Made by a program: the position numbers and the translations under genes. A stretch of DNA of 64,000 nt from a virus: positions 32,001 through 96,000 of the IMG/VR virus record IMGVR_UViG_3300009151_000035. One strand, written 5' to 3'. Under the pieces are notes generated by a model. The model worked only from the letters and a program-made list of their open reading frames with translations, searched no databases and had not been told where the DNA came from. Below are positions 16,972-25,685 of this stretch, piece by piece; the first letter of the stretch is position 1, and every line of letters begins with the position of its first letter.

Positions 16972-17859
16972 TTGATGATTCATTATCTCAATCCAGATAT
17001 TCACTACACTCCACGAACCTATCTCAATCAATGGTTCAAAGAAGATGTGGTGCTAATCACAGACAACGATTACGATGTGTCAGCTACCGATCAATTATTA
17101 AATCAATGGCCAATACAGCAACGAATAACTGATTTCACACATAATGCAATGTCAGATCACAAGGTAACGATACCTTCAAGATTGGTATTGTCAGCAGACT
17201 ACACCAACTGGTATACACCAAAAACAAATTTTGTGTTTTTTCCTCTTTACATGTGGGCATTTGGTTTGCGAAATCAATTGTGGTTTGATGCAAAGTTTGA
17301 TGCAACCAGTGATAAAACCAAAACCATAATGTGTTTGAACAATAATCAACCACCTCATAGAATTTGGTTGTACGAAGAATTTAAAAAATTACAAATTATT
17401 GATCAAATGGTATACACTTGGAAAGGTGAAAGAACATTAACAGACGATAATTTTGGTGCTTATAGAATTGGAGTCAATCATCCAGTTTATAGTGAGTGTG
17501 CTGTAAATTTGGTTACAGAAACAGAAATGACCACTTGCTCATTGAGTGAAAAAAGTTGTAAACCATTCATGGCACTTCAAATTCCAGTGATTGTTGGCCC
17601 GCCTGGCTGCAACAAATTTTTACAAGATATAGGATTTGACATGTTCTCAGATCTAGTGCCTTGGCATACATGGGACACTGATCTATCAATTCGATCAAGA
17701 TTACACAAGATATCACAGTTTGTTAACCAATGGATTCAGCAAGGAACAATACTGTCTAATTACTATCAAGTGCTACCTAGAGTAGAATACAACAAGCAAT
17801 ATTTTCACAGTGAAACATTGAGAAGTCGTATCATGTGTCAGATGTCACAACTTGCTTGA
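16972..17859 (+). CDS. Hypothetical glycosyltransferase-like protein (GT10/GT-B-like C-terminus), paralog family
   Basis: CLNN...HR, VNLVTET, LSEKSCKPF...IPVIVG, L.DIGFDMF motifs shared with ORFs 17891 and 50153. Confidence 0.5.
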   Translation: MMIHYLNPDIHYTPRTYLNQWFKEDVVLITDNDYDVSATDQLLNQWPIQQRITDFTHNAMSDHKVTIPSRLVLSADYTNWYTPKTNFVFFPLYMWAFGLRNQLWFDAKFDATSDKTKTIMCLNNNQPPHRIWLYEEFKKLQIIDQMVYTWKGERTLTDDNFGAYRIGVNHPVYSECAVNLVTETEMTTCSLSEKSCKPFMALQIPVIVGPPGCNKFLQDIGFDMFSDLVPWHTWDTDLSIRSRLHKISQFVNQWIQQGTILSNYYQVLPRVEYNKQYFHSETLRSRIMCQMSQLA

Positions 17860-17890
17860 GCAAATTTTTTGTTGACTAAGTATGTAAATA

Positions 17891-18931
17891 ATGGATCCTA
17901 TATTTGTAACAGAAAAAATTGATACAACCAACAGCAGAGCTTACCTTTGGCCGCTGATTCCAAAAGATTCAGTAGTAATCACTCAGAATATCATATACAC
18001 TATCAATGATATACCCAATCTAAAAGCACATTTGCCCGATGTAGGAGATCAACCAATTTACTATGATTTATCTTACAGTCCTGAAGTATTAGATACTGAA
18101 CACATAACTGGTATTTTTGATAAGTTGAAAGAAATTGCCCCACTCAAAATTATAGTCAACGAATACAAAAAATTTTACAATCCACACAAAGATTTTATAT
18201 TTTTTCCACTGGTTTTTTATTCATACTCATATGGTGCTTATCAGATTCCGATAAATCGTGTTGACTTGCCAAAGTTTGAGAAAAAAATAAAACCATTTAT
18301 GAGTCTAAACAATCGTCCAATATGGCACAGAATTTGGTTGTTTACTGAATTGGCCAGCAACAATTTGCTTGACAAATTTGACTACTCATTTGTATGGAAT
18401 CCAAAAGTAAATTGTCCCGGCATGGAACACCAACTTGATCTGCTGCCTGATCAAAAACGTATACAAGCAGAATCCATGCTGGATTTACTTCCCATTAGAT
18501 TTGAACATGAAAAACACAAAGACTTCAATGCAGATCAATACACCAGTCTTAAAATCCACAATGAATGCGCTGTAAACATTGTAACTGAAAGTTGTCCAAA
18601 TTTGGGTTTTTTAACTGAAAAAATATGCAAGCCATTGGTGTGTTATCAAATTCCCATACTGTTAAGTCATGCCGGTGCCACACAATTTTGTCAGGATGCA
18701 GGATTTGATATGTTTGAGGACATCATACCTTGGCGCACGTGGGATCAAATTGAAGACGAACAAGAACGATGCATGGTTGCTTGCAAGTTTATTGTGGAGT
18801 ATATCAAACATGGTGATGCGTTGGCAGACTGGAACCGTTGTCAAGATAGAGTGATTGCCAATCGTGAACGCTTGGTCAGTGATGACTTTAAAAAATTTTG
18901 CACTGCACAATTCTATTTAGGCACACCATGA
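17891..18931 (+). CDS. Hypothetical glycosyltransferase-like protein, paralog of the upstream gene
   Basis: SLNNRP.WHR, VNIVTES, LTEKICKPL...IPI, GFDMFED. Confidence 0.5.
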   Translation: MDPIFVTEKIDTTNSRAYLWPLIPKDSVVITQNIIYTINDIPNLKAHLPDVGDQPIYYDLSYSPEVLDTEHITGIFDKLKEIAPLKIIVNEYKKFYNPHKDFIFFPLVFYSYSYGAYQIPINRVDLPKFEKKIKPFMSLNNRPIWHRIWLFTELASNNLLDKFDYSFVWNPKVNCPGMEHQLDLLPDQKRIQAESMLDLLPIRFEHEKHKDFNADQYTSLKIHNECAVNIVTESCPNLGFLTEKICKPLVCYQIPILLSHAGATQFCQDAGFDMFEDIIPWRTWDQIEDEQERCMVACKFIVEYIKHGDALADWNRCQDRVIANRERLVSDDFKKFCTAQFYLGTP

Positions 18932-19626
18932 AAATATCAGAATCTAATACCTGCCCAGGGGCAGCAACTTTTCATCCTGGATCAATTTGCAATCTTGCCT
19001 GTGTGACATGTGGTCCTGAGGCCAGCACAAGATGGCAAAAAGAACTTGGTATTCCAATTGTTCCTGGCAACCCTCGTGACATTGATCCAGAGACTATCAT
19101 GAGAGCCAAACAAATGACTGGAGTGGTAATTTGTGGCGGCGAACCAATACTGAATCACAGTTCAGAAGTTATACTAGAACATCTAAATGTTGATCAAAAT
19201 ATAAGAATTCACTTCAATGGAACAGTAATGCCCAAACAAAGTTTCTTGGACAAATCTGCCAGATTTCAATACATTCAATATTGTTTCAGTATTGATGGAG
19301 TAGGTGAAAGATTTGAATACTTGCGCTGGCCTGCCAAATGGAATCAAGTGGTTGATAACATTTTGTGGTTGGTTAGTGCTGCACCTGACAATGTGGGGTT
19401 TGCTGTCAATATCACAGTTTCGCAATTGAACAAACCATATTATACCGAAGTGATTGATTGGATTGATCAAACTATACCCCAAAACAAGCAAGGCACGAAA
19501 ACAGTTGTAACTTTCAATCAAGCTGGTGATAATTTGCTGTCGCTAGATTACTTAGAGAGCATTGATAAAAAAAGAAATTTAGACTGGAGAGTATTGTTTC
19601 CAAAAGCAACAGAATATATTTTATGA
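18928..19626 (+). CDS. Radical SAM protein (start at the ATGA overlap, 18928)
   Basis: CNLACVTC, GGEP, NGT, FSIDG.G..FEYLRWP..W. Confidence 0.85.
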   Translation: MKISESNTCPGAATFHPGSICNLACVTCGPEASTRWQKELGIPIVPGNPRDIDPETIMRAKQMTGVVICGGEPILNHSSEVILEHLNVDQNIRIHFNGTVMPKQSFLDKSARFQYIQYCFSIDGVGERFEYLRWPAKWNQVVDNILWLVSAAPDNVGFAVNITVSQLNKPYYTEVIDWIDQTIPQNKQGTKTVVTFNQAGDNLLSLDYLESIDKKRNLDWRVLFPKATEYIL

Positions 19627-20480
19627 AAATATTCCGACATTCCATTCAAGATGCATTTTTGGTAGTGCAAGCTCTAACTACTGTAATTGTGGCGTTGGCG
19701 TTTGCTATCATTGACCCAGACTATGTTTGGTGGCTGGTGTTTCTGCCTGTGCATGTGATGTTGATGCTGTGTTGCAACAACACATCATTGCATCATCATA
19801 GCCATTGGGAAACATTCCATAGTAAAACACTAAATCGTGTGTATGAGTGCATGTTGTCAGTTGCCGGAGCAACACCTGTGCAAGTTTATAGAAATGCTCA
19901 TTTGATTCATCACAAGTTTGTAAACGATCCTCCTGTGAGCAAAGATACAATCAGTGTGTTAGCTAAAGGAACTAAAGGGCAAGCAGAAAACGCATGGAAA
20001 TTTTGTCTAGGGTGGAGTGTAAAAACTAACTTTTTATATAGTTGGATAACTGGCCGGGTAAAATCAATGCCCTTGGTCAAACATGCACACTGGCAGAGAG
20101 AAGCAGTAGCATTGGCAGCTTTTACATTGCTTTTGTTGTTGCTGAATTTTGAATACGGACTTTGGTGGTTCTGTGTGGTGTGCCCAGTCATGCAGTTTTT
20201 GAATGCTGCCTGGCACTATGGAGAACACTGGGGCGCACATGATCGCAGAGGTGATACCACACAAGACTCTGTGGGCGTTTACAACTGGTGGTACAACACT
20301 TTTTGTTTCAATTCTGGACTGCATCAAGAGCATCATCACAAGCCTGGTGTGCACTGGACTCGATTACCGTCAATAACACCATTGTTGCCCACCAATAGAG
20401 TCATGGCCACGGGCATGCATGTTTTTAATGTACCTTGGTCACAAGATTTTAAAAAGTTAGTTAAACTTTCATCCAACTGA
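19623..20480 (+). CDS. Membrane fatty-acid desaturase / hydroxylase superfamily protein
   Basis: Three His boxes HHHSH, HLIHH and HQEHH plus hydrophobic transmembrane segments. Confidence 0.88.
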   Translation: MKIFRHSIQDAFLVVQALTTVIVALAFAIIDPDYVWWLVFLPVHVMLMLCCNNTSLHHHSHWETFHSKTLNRVYECMLSVAGATPVQVYRNAHLIHHKFVNDPPVSKDTISVLAKGTKGQAENAWKFCLGWSVKTNFLYSWITGRVKSMPLVKHAHWQREAVALAAFTLLLLLLNFEYGLWWFCVVCPVMQFLNAAWHYGEHWGAHDRRGDTTQDSVGVYNWWYNTFCFNSGLHQEHHHKPGVHWTRLPSITPLLPTNRVMATGMHVFNVPWSQDFKKLVKLSSN

Positions 20481-21609
20481 GATATTGAGCTATTTTCTTT
20501 GTGACTGATGCCCAGTCATCCTGTACAGGTTGTCTAAAAAGTCGTGCAGTAGAATACCAAGGTGAGTCATCACGATTCAGCAAGTAACGCCAATCTGTTC
20601 CAAACCAGTTGAGCATGATCCAAGTGGGTCTACCCAGTGCGCCTGACAGATGTGACACAGCAGTGTCAACTCCAATCACCACATCCATGGCCATGACTAG
20701 TGCCGCAGTGTCGGCAAAACTTTGTATTGAGCCCGGAAATCTACTCACACCAGCTGCGGCCAATTCAGATTCTTCAGCTTCACTGGCATCAATCTGCAAG
20801 TTAACCCACTCATATTGAGGATTGGCTTTGATCAACTCTAACATCACAGGGAACGGCATGCCTTTATGCTCGTTCAGCCAGTTGTCTTTTCTACCACTCC
20901 AGCAGAATCCCACTCGCATGCGATTCTTTGGACCCAGGCGTTGCAACCACTCTTGTTGTTTGTCCATGTCAGCATTGAGATAGTTTACTGGCTTTGGCAA
21001 GTTTTCTAGTGTGACACCCAATATACCTGGAATACTCATGATAGGAGTCCAGTAGTCAAAGTCGCCTACATCATCAGTATATCTACCAATGGCTTCCAGC
21101 AGAGGACTTCCGTACAATAGTGGAATAAGTGAGTCTGTGACTTTGAGTTTGATCTTAGCACCCATTGTGTGCAGGTTGTAGATAAATCTCACAAACTGAA
21201 TGTTGTCTCCGTGGCCTTGTTCGCCTTCTACAAGTATAGTTTTGTCTTTAAGGTCTTGCCCAGTCCAGCGTGGCTGTGTGTACTTGGGCAGTTGTCCTGC
21301 CAAGTGTTCGTAGTTCCAGCGAGTTTCATACTGGCGCCAGCCATCTCGATAGTTGCCTAACTGTAACAGTGCAACAGCAAGATTAAATTGTGCTGTGGCT
21401 GATGTGGGTTCTAGTACGATGGCATGTTGTAAAAATGGTATGGCTCTAGCAGGCTGTCCGCACTCTCTCATGACATTGCCATAGTTGTTCCAAGCCGCTG
21501 ACGAATCTGGATCTTCAACAAATGCCTGAGCATAACATTTGAGAGCTTCTAAGGGGCGATGTTGTGCTCTAAGGTCGTTGCCTTGAGCAATAAGAGTGTT
21601 TGTGTCCAT
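20461..21609 (-). CDS. TPR-repeat protein with C-terminal GT-B (GT9-like; FlmG/FlbA-type architecture) glycosyltransferase domain
   Basis: About three TPRs (AWNNYGN, AQFNLA), then EQGHGDNIQFVRF, VGFCWSG, DVVIGVDTAVSHLSGALG.PTW, DSPWY...RLFRQ. Confidence 0.8.
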   Translation of the reverse strand: MDTNTLIAQGNDLRAQHRPLEALKCYAQAFVEDPDSSAAWNNYGNVMRECGQPARAIPFLQHAIVLEPTSATAQFNLAVALLQLGNYRDGWRQYETRWNYEHLAGQLPKYTQPRWTGQDLKDKTILVEGEQGHGDNIQFVRFIYNLHTMGAKIKLKVTDSLIPLLYGSPLLEAIGRYTDDVGDFDYWTPIMSIPGILGVTLENLPKPVNYLNADMDKQQEWLQRLGPKNRMRVGFCWSGRKDNWLNEHKGMPFPVMLELIKANPQYEWVNLQIDASEAEESELAAAGVSRFPGSIQSFADTAALVMAMDVVIGVDTAVSHLSGALGRPTWIMLNWFGTDWRYLLNRDDSPWYSTARLFRQPVQDDWASVTKKIAQYLSWMKV

Positions 21610-21651
21610 GGCTATATTTAAGGTGTAGTTGGTTCCATTTTACATTTTCGC

Positions 21652-21742
21652 TAAATACTTGTCAACGCAATTTGGCGTTTTATGCAGCTCACCACTGCGT
21701 AGCGGCTAGAACCCGCATTGGGCTTCTATAAGGAGAAATCAA
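21652..21742 (+). promoter_or_regulatory. Late promoter plus structured 5' leader (three hairpins and a potential pseudoknot abutting the RBS)
   Basis: TAAATA 21652-21657. Stems 21664-21679, 21681-21701 and 21702-21716. Loop TAGAA is complementary to TTCTA 21724-21728. AAGGAG at 21730-21735. Confidence 0.55.
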
Positions 21743-22567
21743 ATGGGAAGAGCTCTAAAAATTCAAAAGTACGGTACCGCACAAGGTATCACAATCAATA
21801 CAAATGGCACAGTAAATCAACCCGCCGCCGCTGTAATAATTGACGTTGGCTATCCAAATTTTAACAGTTTGACTGATCCAGTGTTTAACGCACCTGTTCA
21901 GACTCTGTCTGGCACCGAATATCTAGGTGTGGTTGGCGGTTTAAGCACCACAGCAACCACATCAACCAATCCTATCATTCTTCCACAAGTTAATATCTTG
22001 TTGTCAAACAACAGTTCTACTGGTGCAGGTGCAGGTCGTTTGATCCGTCAGAAAGGTGCGCACAAGTTTTTGGTAGCTTATGTTGCTGCTACCACTGCTG
22101 ATGAAGATTTTATTGTTGGTCAAGCATATAGTATTGCTGTGGTAGGCTCAACCAATTGGGCCGCAGTTGGTGCAGGTTCAAGCAATGTGGCAGTAGGCGA
22201 CATTTTCACTGCTACTGCTGTTGGATCTGGTACAGGTGAAGCATATCCAGTTGGTCAATGTGTGTTGTCCAACACTGGTACACCCACAGCTGGCAACATG
22301 TGTATTGAGTATTCAGTAGGCGACAGTTCTGCTGTGTATGCTTCTTACATTACCAACAAGTGGATCCGCGATTGGAACGGTATGACTTATGATACCTATA
22401 GTAACAGCAATCTTGGACCAAACACCTACACTAATGAAAACTTCTATCCTGTGAACTTCTTCACAGACGAAGGCACAGTTACATGGTCTGGCGCTGAAAT
22501 TATCAACAGCATTGCGGCTCAAAATGGTTCTTTACAATTGGCGCAAGTGGTCAAAACCACAAGCTAA
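21743..22567 (+). CDS. Putative virion structural protein
   Basis: Strong RBS, late promoter, MGRALKI N-terminus, RQKGAHKFLV motif, low-charge beta-rich composition. Confidence 0.55.
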   Translation: MGRALKIQKYGTAQGITINTNGTVNQPAAAVIIDVGYPNFNSLTDPVFNAPVQTLSGTEYLGVVGGLSTTATTSTNPIILPQVNILLSNNSSTGAGAGRLIRQKGAHKFLVAYVAATTADEDFIVGQAYSIAVVGSTNWAAVGAGSSNVAVGDIFTATAVGSGTGEAYPVGQCVLSNTGTPTAGNMCIEYSVGDSSAVYASYITNKWIRDWNGMTYDTYSNSNLGPNTYTNENFYPVNFFTDEGTVTWSGAEIINSIAAQNGSLQLAQVVKTTS

Positions 22568-22585
22568 TTAGATTTGATCCTACCG

Positions 22586-22616
22586 TCCTCCTTGCTAACT
22601 ACAAGGAGGATTTTTT
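22586..22616 (+). terminator. Terminator-like hairpin that also sequesters the next RBS
   Basis: TCCTCCTTG-CTAACTA-CAAGGAGGA then TTTTTT and ATG 22617. Confidence 0.75.
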
Positions 22617-23189
22617 ATGAGCATGGCATTTGTATTAGGCAATGGGGTCAGCAGACAAGGTGTTAATTTAGAAAATTTACGCACCCACGGCACAATCTAT
22701 GGGTGTAATGCTTTGTACAGAGACTTTGTACCAGATGTTTTGATTGCCACAGATCGTCCAATAAGCGAGCAAATACAGCATAGCGGCTACCCACTCAAAC
22801 ACAAATTCTACACCAGAAGACCACTTGATGGACTTGGTGCGCATCGTGTGCCTGAACAATACTGGGGCTATAGTTCTGGACCACTAGCAGCAGCCATTGC
22901 AGCCCAAGATAAACACTTGAACATCTATTTGCTAGGATTTGACATGGCTGGCATTAACAATAGATTTAACAATGTGTATGCAGACTCTGAATTCTACAAA
23001 CCCAGTGCTGCAAATCCAACGTTTACTGGCAATTGGGAACGACAATTGCTTAAAGTCATGCAAGACTATCCCAACACAAACTTCATTAGAGTGCATGGTG
23101 CAGTCACAGCAGATGTGCCAGAATTCCAAAAACACCCCCGATACTCGCGTCAAACCATAGCTGAATTTCAAACTCAATTTGGCGTTTGA
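22617..23189 (+). CDS. DUF115/Maf-like (sialyltransferase-type Rossmann) domain protein
   Basis: AFVLGNGVSR, IYGCNALYR, PDVLIATD, SSG..A, IYLLGFDM pattern. Confidence 0.6.
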   Translation: MSMAFVLGNGVSRQGVNLENLRTHGTIYGCNALYRDFVPDVLIATDRPISEQIQHSGYPLKHKFYTRRPLDGLGAHRVPEQYWGYSSGPLAAAIAAQDKHLNIYLLGFDMAGINNRFNNVYADSEFYKPSAANPTFTGNWERQLLKVMQDYPNTNFIRVHGAVTADVPEFQKHPRYSRQTIAEFQTQFGV

Positions 23190-23245
23190 CCCAAAAATAG
23201 CATACGCTGGGTTCTGGTAAATACACCATAGGACCCAGATTCAGC

Positions 23246-25675
23246 ATGAGTGAACCACAACAATATATCAATGTAGGCCAAGTTGCCAACGATGGCACCG
23301 GGGAATCTCTGCGCGATGCGTTTAACGCAGTAAACAACAATTTTGCCAATGTGTGGGCTGCTGGCCCTGTAAACTCGCAAGTTGTTATTTCCTACAACCG
23401 TGTCAGTACAAACGAAACCAATCTTGATCTAATCTTGGCTGGCAATGGCATAGGCAATGTCACAGTGGCCAGCACTACTGTGCCTAGCATTGATGCAGTA
23501 TATGATTTGGGCAGGGCCAATCGAAGATGGGACGAAATTCATGCTGTTTACTACTATGGTAATGGTGCTTATTTAACAGGTATCACAGGCAACGGTGGTG
23601 GTGGTCCAAATGTGTATTTCAGCCAAGGCGCACCTGGCAATGCCAGCATAGGCGACATCTGGATTGAGTCAGACACTGGTGTTCAGTATATTTACTTTAA
23701 TGACGACACTTCAAATCAGTGGGCTGAGATGGAAGCCTATCAAAGTTTCAGTTCAGGTGGCAATGGAACAGCCAACACTGGCAATTGGGCATTTAGTGGC
23801 AATAACTTTTACAATCTCAATGGCGGAAATATAACTAACGGTGACCTCACTCATGGTTACACAGCAGGAATAAACATCCCTACCAATGGCGATGCCAATG
23901 CTATTTTGTTAAACAATACCTACGGTAATATTATATTGCAGGCAGGAGCCAATTCTGATCCTACTGCTACCTGGATATTTGGCAATGATGGCAATTTAAC
24001 CATCCCAGGCAATGCCACCATTCAGCCACTCGGCGATGATCTCACAATTGACGCTTCGACTGGCAATGTGTATGTCAAGAGCAAAGGGCATACATTCTTA
24101 TTTGATGCCAATGGTGTTGGACGCTTTGTCATGCCCGACAATGGTAAGATTGCCGCAGACTCAAACTTATCAATCAATGTGGGTGACTGGGCCAACAGTG
24201 CCGGTAGCCTTTGGACCTTTCATGCAGATGGCAATACAACATTGCCTGGAAATTCAACAATAACCACATCTGAAGGTGCATTCTTAACCACACGAACATT
24301 CAGTGGCAATGCCTACACTCAACAAAATCAGGACACAAATACTTGGGAAATTTATCCTGAAGATGATGTCACAGGACCAAACTCTGCGTGGGCTTGGATC
24401 AAAGCATCTTTATACACAGCGGATACACCTGAAGTGTTTATTGAAAATCAAAAGGGCAGTGACGGTGTTCCACATCGTTGGACATTTGATGCCAATGGCA
24501 ACTTAACGCTACCAGCCAACACATTTGCTGTAAATTATGCCAACGGCGATCCAGTATCATTGGGTGGCGGGGCAACCAATCTCATTGCCAACGGTAACAG
24601 CTATGCCAACATAGCCACAGCAGACGGCAATTTGGTGGTTAATGTGGGCACGGATGGCTACGGAACTTGGACATTTGAAACAGGCACGGGCAATTTAATT
24701 GGCCCAGGTAATGCCAGTCAAGGTGCTGGCATTGTGTTCAGCACAGAACAAAGTGTTTACATCCGTGAGGACATGGGGCAACTAAACATCGATGCTTTCC
24801 ACACAGTAATCACAAGCAATTCTGGCAACATTGGCAACATCCAATCTTGGAACTTTGACAACGATGGTAACTTGACTGTGCCGGGCAACATAATCGGCAA
24901 CAATCTTGGCAATCCAATGTATATCACCGGCGCAACTGCTAATGTTGACGGTCTGGCAGGGTCATTGGTATTAAGTGGTGGTAGCACAATTAACGGGTTC
25001 AGCGGAATTCCTTCTGCTGGTGGAACATTGGAATTAAATGGTGGTAATGCAACTGGGTGTGCAACTGTGGGCGGCAGTGTTCTAATTAATGCAGGACAAG
25101 GAGACGGTGGCTGGGGGGATATAACTCTAACAGTCAACTCAAAATCCACAGTGTTCAACTACGCTGGTCAAGCGATACTGCCTGCGGTCAAGATCGGCAC
25201 AGAAAATAGTTACGATCCAGGTAATCCTTACGAAGGTGAGCAGTTGGGCCTATACGGCACACGCAGAATCATATCACCTAACTCGGGCGGCACCAATCAA
25301 GTTACGGTGTCGACTATTATACAAAGTCCACAGTTTGGATCTCCACAGGTGGTCTACACTGCATACAACGCAAATGTCTGGGCATTTAAAATGACCATGC
25401 GTATTCAACACGGTGCCGGCACATCACCAACACCACAAAATATGCAGATGGCTGATATTTTTGCCGCAAGAAATGATTCGGGCGACATAACTTACAGCAT
25501 AACCAATCGACTCAAAACAGATCCAACCGAAGATGATGTGGTGATTGTTCCTGCCTATGATCCCATCTACGGCACCATGTTCATCAATGCCACTGCTACT
25601 GGTAACGGAACAGCCAGCAATGGATCATACTACTTTACATTCGATGTTGTAGAATTTAACCAGACATACGACTAA
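23246..25675 (+). CDS. Baseplate/fibre protein with T4 gp9/gp10-type N-terminal attachment motif
   Basis: INVGQVANDGTGESLRDAFNAVNNNF at the N-terminus, repeated W.F...GNLT.P modules. Confidence 0.75.
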   Translation: MSEPQQYINVGQVANDGTGESLRDAFNAVNNNFANVWAAGPVNSQVVISYNRVSTNETNLDLILAGNGIGNVTVASTTVPSIDAVYDLGRANRRWDEIHAVYYYGNGAYLTGITGNGGGGPNVYFSQGAPGNASIGDIWIESDTGVQYIYFNDDTSNQWAEMEAYQSFSSGGNGTANTGNWAFSGNNFYNLNGGNITNGDLTHGYTAGINIPTNGDANAILLNNTYGNIILQAGANSDPTATWIFGNDGNLTIPGNATIQPLGDDLTIDASTGNVYVKSKGHTFLFDANGVGRFVMPDNGKIAADSNLSINVGDWANSAGSLWTFHADGNTTLPGNSTITTSEGAFLTTRTFSGNAYTQQNQDTNTWEIYPEDDVTGPNSAWAWIKASLYTADTPEVFIENQKGSDGVPHRWTFDANGNLTLPANTFAVNYANGDPVSLGGGATNLIANGNSYANIATADGNLVVNVGTDGYGTWTFETGTGNLIGPGNASQGAGIVFSTEQSVYIREDMGQLNIDAFHTVITSNSGNIGNIQSWNFDNDGNLTVPGNIIGNNLGNPMYITGATANVDGLAGSLVLSGGSTINGFSGIPSAGGTLELNGGNATGCATVGGSVLINAGQGDGGWGDITLTVNSKSTVFNYAGQAILPAVKIGTENSYDPGNPYEGEQLGLYGTRRIISPNSGGTNQVTVSTIIQSPQFGSPQVVYTAYNANVWAFKMTMRIQHGAGTSPTPQNMQMADIFAARNDSGDITYSITNRLKTDPTEDDVVIVPAYDPIYGTMFINATATGNGTASNGSYYFTFDVVEFNQTYD

Positions 25676-25685
25676 GGAATAATAA

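Noticed and set aside
16900-16974. ORF 16972 is in frame with gp23 with no intervening stop, suggesting possible read-through capsid extension
   Set aside because: The stop is TAA, a strong intrinsic terminator lies in between, and the downstream protein looks like an enzyme paralog. This is plausibly chance.
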